A stretch of 64,000 nt of DNA from Octopus vulgaris. Taxonomy: Eukaryota. Shown one piece after another: positions 59,236 to 64,000 of the stretch. The notes under the pieces are model-generated. The model searched no databases. It had not been told where the DNA came from and saw only the letters and a program-made list of their open reading frames with translations. The stretch spans positions 18,476,001-18,540,000 of the forward strand of contig OX597835.1 of assembly GCA_951406725.2 (NCBI GenBank), given 5' to 3'. The translations under genes and the position numbers were made by a program. Positions within the stretch are counted from its first letter, which is position 1, and each line of letters starts with the position of its first letter.

Positions 59236-59408
59236 CATACGTACATACAAAAATATAGACACACAGTTTTGAAAGTTTTCTGCTGGTAACAGGTAATTTA
59301 GTTCAACTTGCCGCATGACCGTGTGTCCCGTGACATAAACTGCATTCCTGCTAATCTCAGCAGATGAGGAGGGTATTCTAGAATCCAAGCAGGAATAGGA
59401 AACAACAT
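58640..59408. repeat. Inverted repeat with ~290-300-bp arms (58640-58941 / 59120-59408)
   Basis: e.g. cctcatctgctgagattagcaggaatgcag vs ctgcattcctgctaatctcagcagatgagg. Confidence 0.92.
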
Positions 59409-59474
<66 letters not shown>

Positions 59475-59591
59475 GTAGATTAATCAAAAGTTTAACCGAT
59501 ATAGTAGCAAAAATCACAGCAGTAAACAGCACGGTTGGAGGTACAACCATATGGTGTTGCAACCGTGCGTTGTGCGGATAATTGAAATTAA

Positions 59592-59776
59592 AACATTATT
59601 GGTGAATTGAAGAAATGGAGCTGAACGCAGATTGAACAGAAATCGTTTTATTTCATTCTACACGTGTTTCGAAAGGCAATTTGGTAATTTGTGCCTTTCG
59701 AAACACGTGTAGAATGAAATAAAACGATTTCTGTTCAATCTGCGTTCAGCTCCATTTATTCAATTCACCAATAATG

Positions 59777-59778
<2 letters not shown>
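59592..59778. repeat. Near-perfect foldback, 87-bp arms, 13-nt loop
   Basis: One mismatch between arms on manual reading. Confidence 0.93.
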
Positions 59779-59815
<37 letters not shown>

Positions 59816-60144
59816 TATATGTATGTATCTCTGCGTTTTCTGCATATCGATGCGTGTTATAATGTGAATGATGTTTCATTGTACCTGAGCATTTGCAGAT
59901 TAAAATGAAGGAAAGAATCAAGGAGAAAATTGCACGAAATTGAAAAATAAATAGAATGAATTTCTTCAAGTGCAAATGGTTTTAAAAATCTACGATGAAC
60001 TCTGTGTTCAGTGTGTATAAATATATATTTCAAATTCTTCTTACACATATACGTGTTTATCTACCTGCATAATGCTGTATGTACGTAAACACACATACTC
60101 ACATATATGTACATATGTGTATCAGTGTTTGTGTGTATATATTC

Positions 60145-60183
<39 letters not shown>

Positions 60184-60211
60184 AGTGTGTGTGTACGTAT
60201 GCATTTTCCAA

Positions 60212-60249
<38 letters not shown>

Positions 60250-60269
60250 TGTATATATATATATATATG

Positions 60270-60337
<68 letters not shown>

Positions 60338-60868
60338 CATAAATATAGACACATATATAATGTGCAGGTGTGCGATATTATGTTTGTGTCCATGTGTTTG
60401 TATGTGTCTGTTTCTGTGTGTGTTTGTTTCTTCGCTTGTGTGCGTGTATGTTTGTGTGTGTGTGTGTATGTGTGTGTGTATGTGTGTGTATGTGTGTGTT
60501 TGTAAATCCCTCAAAATCATATTCTCTATAGACTTTCAAATGCATTTTCACTTCAAGAATCTGATTTTACTTTCTTTCTGAAGTCGATAAGTTCTTAATG
60601 CTTTAACTGACTTTGCCCTACAACCTGAACGTTAGTAATTATACGGGCACAATGCATATATACGCATAGGTAGACACATATACACTGAGACAATTATAAG
60701 CAATCACACAATCCTGATACTACACGTGATCTTAAAAAAGGTATTTATTAGGAGGTATTTACTAATGCAAACTCGTAAGCAACGATGACATTCTGCACAC
60801 ACATTTGTAAAAATTGCATACACTCTTGTGCGTAAAAAGGCATGATTACGCGAAAGCAATGATATATA

Positions 60869-61104
60869 TTTGGTTGGTGCATAATTATTGCGGCTTTTTT
60901 CAACAAATTTTATTCAACCAAAATAAAACAACATCCTCAAATGATTATGTCGGAGCATATTCAAATTCCGTTTCAATTACTGCTTCTCATTGGCTTGGCA
61001 GACGATCAGCCCGTCATTTAAAGGTGTGTTTGTTAAATATTTTTATCGTTTTTGTTGAATAAAATTTGTTGAAAAAATCCGCAATAATTATGCACCAACA
61101 CCAT
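60869..61104. mobile_element. mariner-derived MITE-like element
   Basis: ~45-bp TIRs ttggtgcataattattgcgg..tttcaacaaattttattcaac; TA flanks; interior minus strand DRLPSQ*EAVIETEFEY resembles a mariner C-terminus. Confidence 0.8.
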
Positions 61105-61105
61105 A

Positions 61106-61170
<65 letters not shown>

Positions 61171-61308
61171 TAAATTAGAGATAAAACCACTATTAGGCAA
61201 ATCATACAATGAAAAACGTAAGCCAATACATAAGATTAATTAATTTATATTATTTTAAATATATATCAAAATTATTAAAAAAAGATAATTAGTATAACAC
61301 TACGATCG

Positions 61309-61345
<37 letters not shown>

Positions 61346-61485
61346 CGTGTACATTAAACACATTAAGAGGCTTCGATCATAGGAAAGCCTTGCGCTAAAA
61401 AGAGCAGTAAACAACGCAAACCACTAATTAGGGATAAATTCTCGAAGGGAATGAACATGAAAGACATTTACCATCTAATTTAGTT

Positions 61486-61552
61486 CCTAGACCATGGTTT
61501 CCGATTTTTTCAGTAAAATAAAAAAATACTGAGGCCAATCTTCATCAGTAGG
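61486..61552 (-). ncRNA. Type I minimal hammerhead ribozyme (Penelope-type)
   Basis: ccta-CTGATGA-a gatt...aatc g-GAAA-ccatgg-TC-tagg; palindromic helix III ACCATGGT, GUC cleavage triplet. Confidence 0.7.
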
Positions 61553-61827
61553 TAGCCTTTAGATTTTAAATATACTCACAACGAGATCGATTCCGGATGT
61601 AAACTCATTATTTGTATATTCTAACTTTTCAAATCCACTGCGCAGGCGCAGCTTATTTCCTGCAGGAGAGAGGTTGCCTGTAAAACCTCGAATAAATTTA
61701 TCAAAAATAATTTAAACATAATTAGTAAAAAGCTACAGTAACACCCCCCACCTTTGTGGTTAGCCATATTGAGATGGCTATTATACTTTACATCTCTAAA
61801 AATGCTTATATAGTTATTTCTCTTACA

Positions 61828-61858
61828 AACCCGAGCAACGCCGGGTGATACTGCTAGT
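61828..61858 (+). mobile_element. Helitron-like 3' terminus
   Basis: cccgagcaacgccggg hairpin followed by CTAG|T. Confidence 0.6.
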
Positions 61859-62640
61859 ATATATATATATACGGTAATAAGAATTATAGAACTTTTTATT
61901 ACCAGTGGCTTAGCGCCAAGTGCGTGAGGCCCCTCTTTGCTGTTTTACTGAACTCGTCTCAGTTTAAATCCAACCACTAAGTTTATATACTATTCTCTAC
62001 CTGAATGGTAAATTGAACCCATCGTCAGGTCAGTAAAATTCGCCGGCAATTTGGACAACTTTAGGGATGTCTGAACTGTTGCAAGGATTCAGAGGACATG
62101 TGTACATTGAAAAGATTCTCCCTTATCCATCCTTTTTGTCTCTGAAACCTTATTATATTTCATAGTCACTGTGTTTTCTCTAGAGAGATGGATAAAATAT
62201 GTGTGGTTTGATAAGTTCTAGAATTTGGCTTTGGAGATTACACGAAATATGTACGTAAACATTGGTGTCAAAGAGTGTACTGCTTGCTAGACATGGAACA
62301 GCATTCACCAAACAAAGACGTGACGTGAAGTGAGCAAGATAACTCATCGACCGACAGTGATTAGCAGACGTGTTAAAAAAATTGACGCAGCTTGTTTAGG
62401 TACATAATATATTATAGATGATAGACACTGCATGACGTGAGAATAAGATGGAAAGAAGAGGTAGATCTCGCTGAGAGAGGATTTCCTGAAACCTTCCATC
62501 TGTCTGCAACAAGACTTATCACTAACGTAAGAGAATATGAAGAAAACTATGGTTGGTTGTAGGAGAAACGATTAAACCTATACTATTAAGCGATAAACAC
62601 ATAAAAAAATACTCGCAAACACACACCTACATATATGTGC

Positions 62641-62701
<61 letters not shown>

Positions 62702-63285
62702 TATACATACATATATATATGTGTATGTACGTGTGTGTGTGTGTGTATGTGTGTGTGTAAATAAGTGTATATATATATATACATATATAACACAACTGAC
62801 ATGCATACAAACTGGTACATACCATCTCACATGTGTGTACGCCCATAAATATATATGTGCGTGTATGTGTTGTGCGTGCATATACGTTGGTCTGTGCGTG
62901 TATATCTATTATATAAAATCCGTTCTCTCTATCTGTGTGTGTGTGTCTTCTAGGATCTCAGGCATCCTCCATCCGATTGCGCTCGAATTTGATATGTAAA
63001 TACTGACGGTATCAGGGCGTGTATAAGTCTTGGAAAAATTACAAAAATCTATTCCAGGTGAGAATGCAATCGTTTTTGTCCTGCTTTCCTTCCGTCAACC
63101 TGTACATAACTGCACCTTCCATTATTTGTTGTTTTTGTACTACTTAAAGGCACGTTTCTTTACTGTCAAGCTTACTGTTCAAACCTTGTTTGTGTTCTCT
63201 CAGACAACAGCCTTATAATTACTGGTACATTACACTCTCTCCCATCTCTCTCCCACTCTCTCTCTCTCTCTCGCTGTCATTCTAT

Positions 63286-63361
<76 letters not shown>

Positions 63362-64000
63362 GTGTCTCTATCATTCTCTTTATCTATTCATCTGAAAAGC
63401 AGCTTGAATGAAGATATTTTACTACTTCTTTTCTTCATTGCTGTTGTTATGGGATGTTGGTTATGCCTTATAATATTTGTGCGAATGTATTTAATGGTAA
63501 AGCCTTATCTTTACTGCCTCGCCAAATTTTTTCAAAATCTACTGCGCAGACGCAGCACTTCGCCCTTTTTTATTGCCGGTGAAGGGCTGCATCTGCGCAA
63601 TGGATTTTGAAAAAAATAGGATGTATATACAATAGGCACATAGTTTGAGCGCCTCGTGTTTATATACCTAACCCAAGGTGTACCTGTTGAGGACGATTTC
63701 ACCTAGCGTGTAAATGTTATTTACTTGCTAAACTAAAATCAGAAACCATTTGGTCCAGGAAACTAGATGGTAAAATGTTTTTATTTTTTCATTTCGTTCC
63801 TATCGAATCTTATCCGTAATTTTCTGGCTATAGAACCTAGCTGTCTTTTCTAGCGGGTTGAATCCCATAACTGGATTCCCCATGTGTTTAAATGTACACT
63901 GTAGTTCATGACTAATACCTAGTCTTAGGACAATATTTTTACACGTTAGGCCACTGGAAATGAAAATATTAATTAATTTCCATTTCCCTTTGATATGATT

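Overview
AT-rich, microsatellite-saturated eukaryotic non-coding DNA (intronic or intergenic); the SINE families resemble those of octopus/cephalopods (inference). I cannot support any intact host protein-coding gene: almost all listed ORFs are translations of (TA)n, (CA)n, (TAA)n or (GATA)n runs. The window contains three tRNA-derived SINE families, RLE-type (R4/Dong-like) LINE fragments in (TAA)n, Tx1/L1-like elements, a decayed Penelope-like element (RT + GIY-YIG), an RTE fragment, mariner remnants and Helitron-like 3' ends. Main findings: (1) a tandem/inverted ~480-bp non-coding element at 48.0-49.1 kb whose units each carry a type I hammerhead ribozyme on the minus strand (retrozyme- or Penelope pLTR-like), plus other hammerhead motifs elsewhere; (2) a 2.07-kb ORF1-only Tx1-like element inserted with a ~17-bp TSD into the tRNA head of a SINE; (3) a SINE 3' tail shared with Tx1-like LINE ends.
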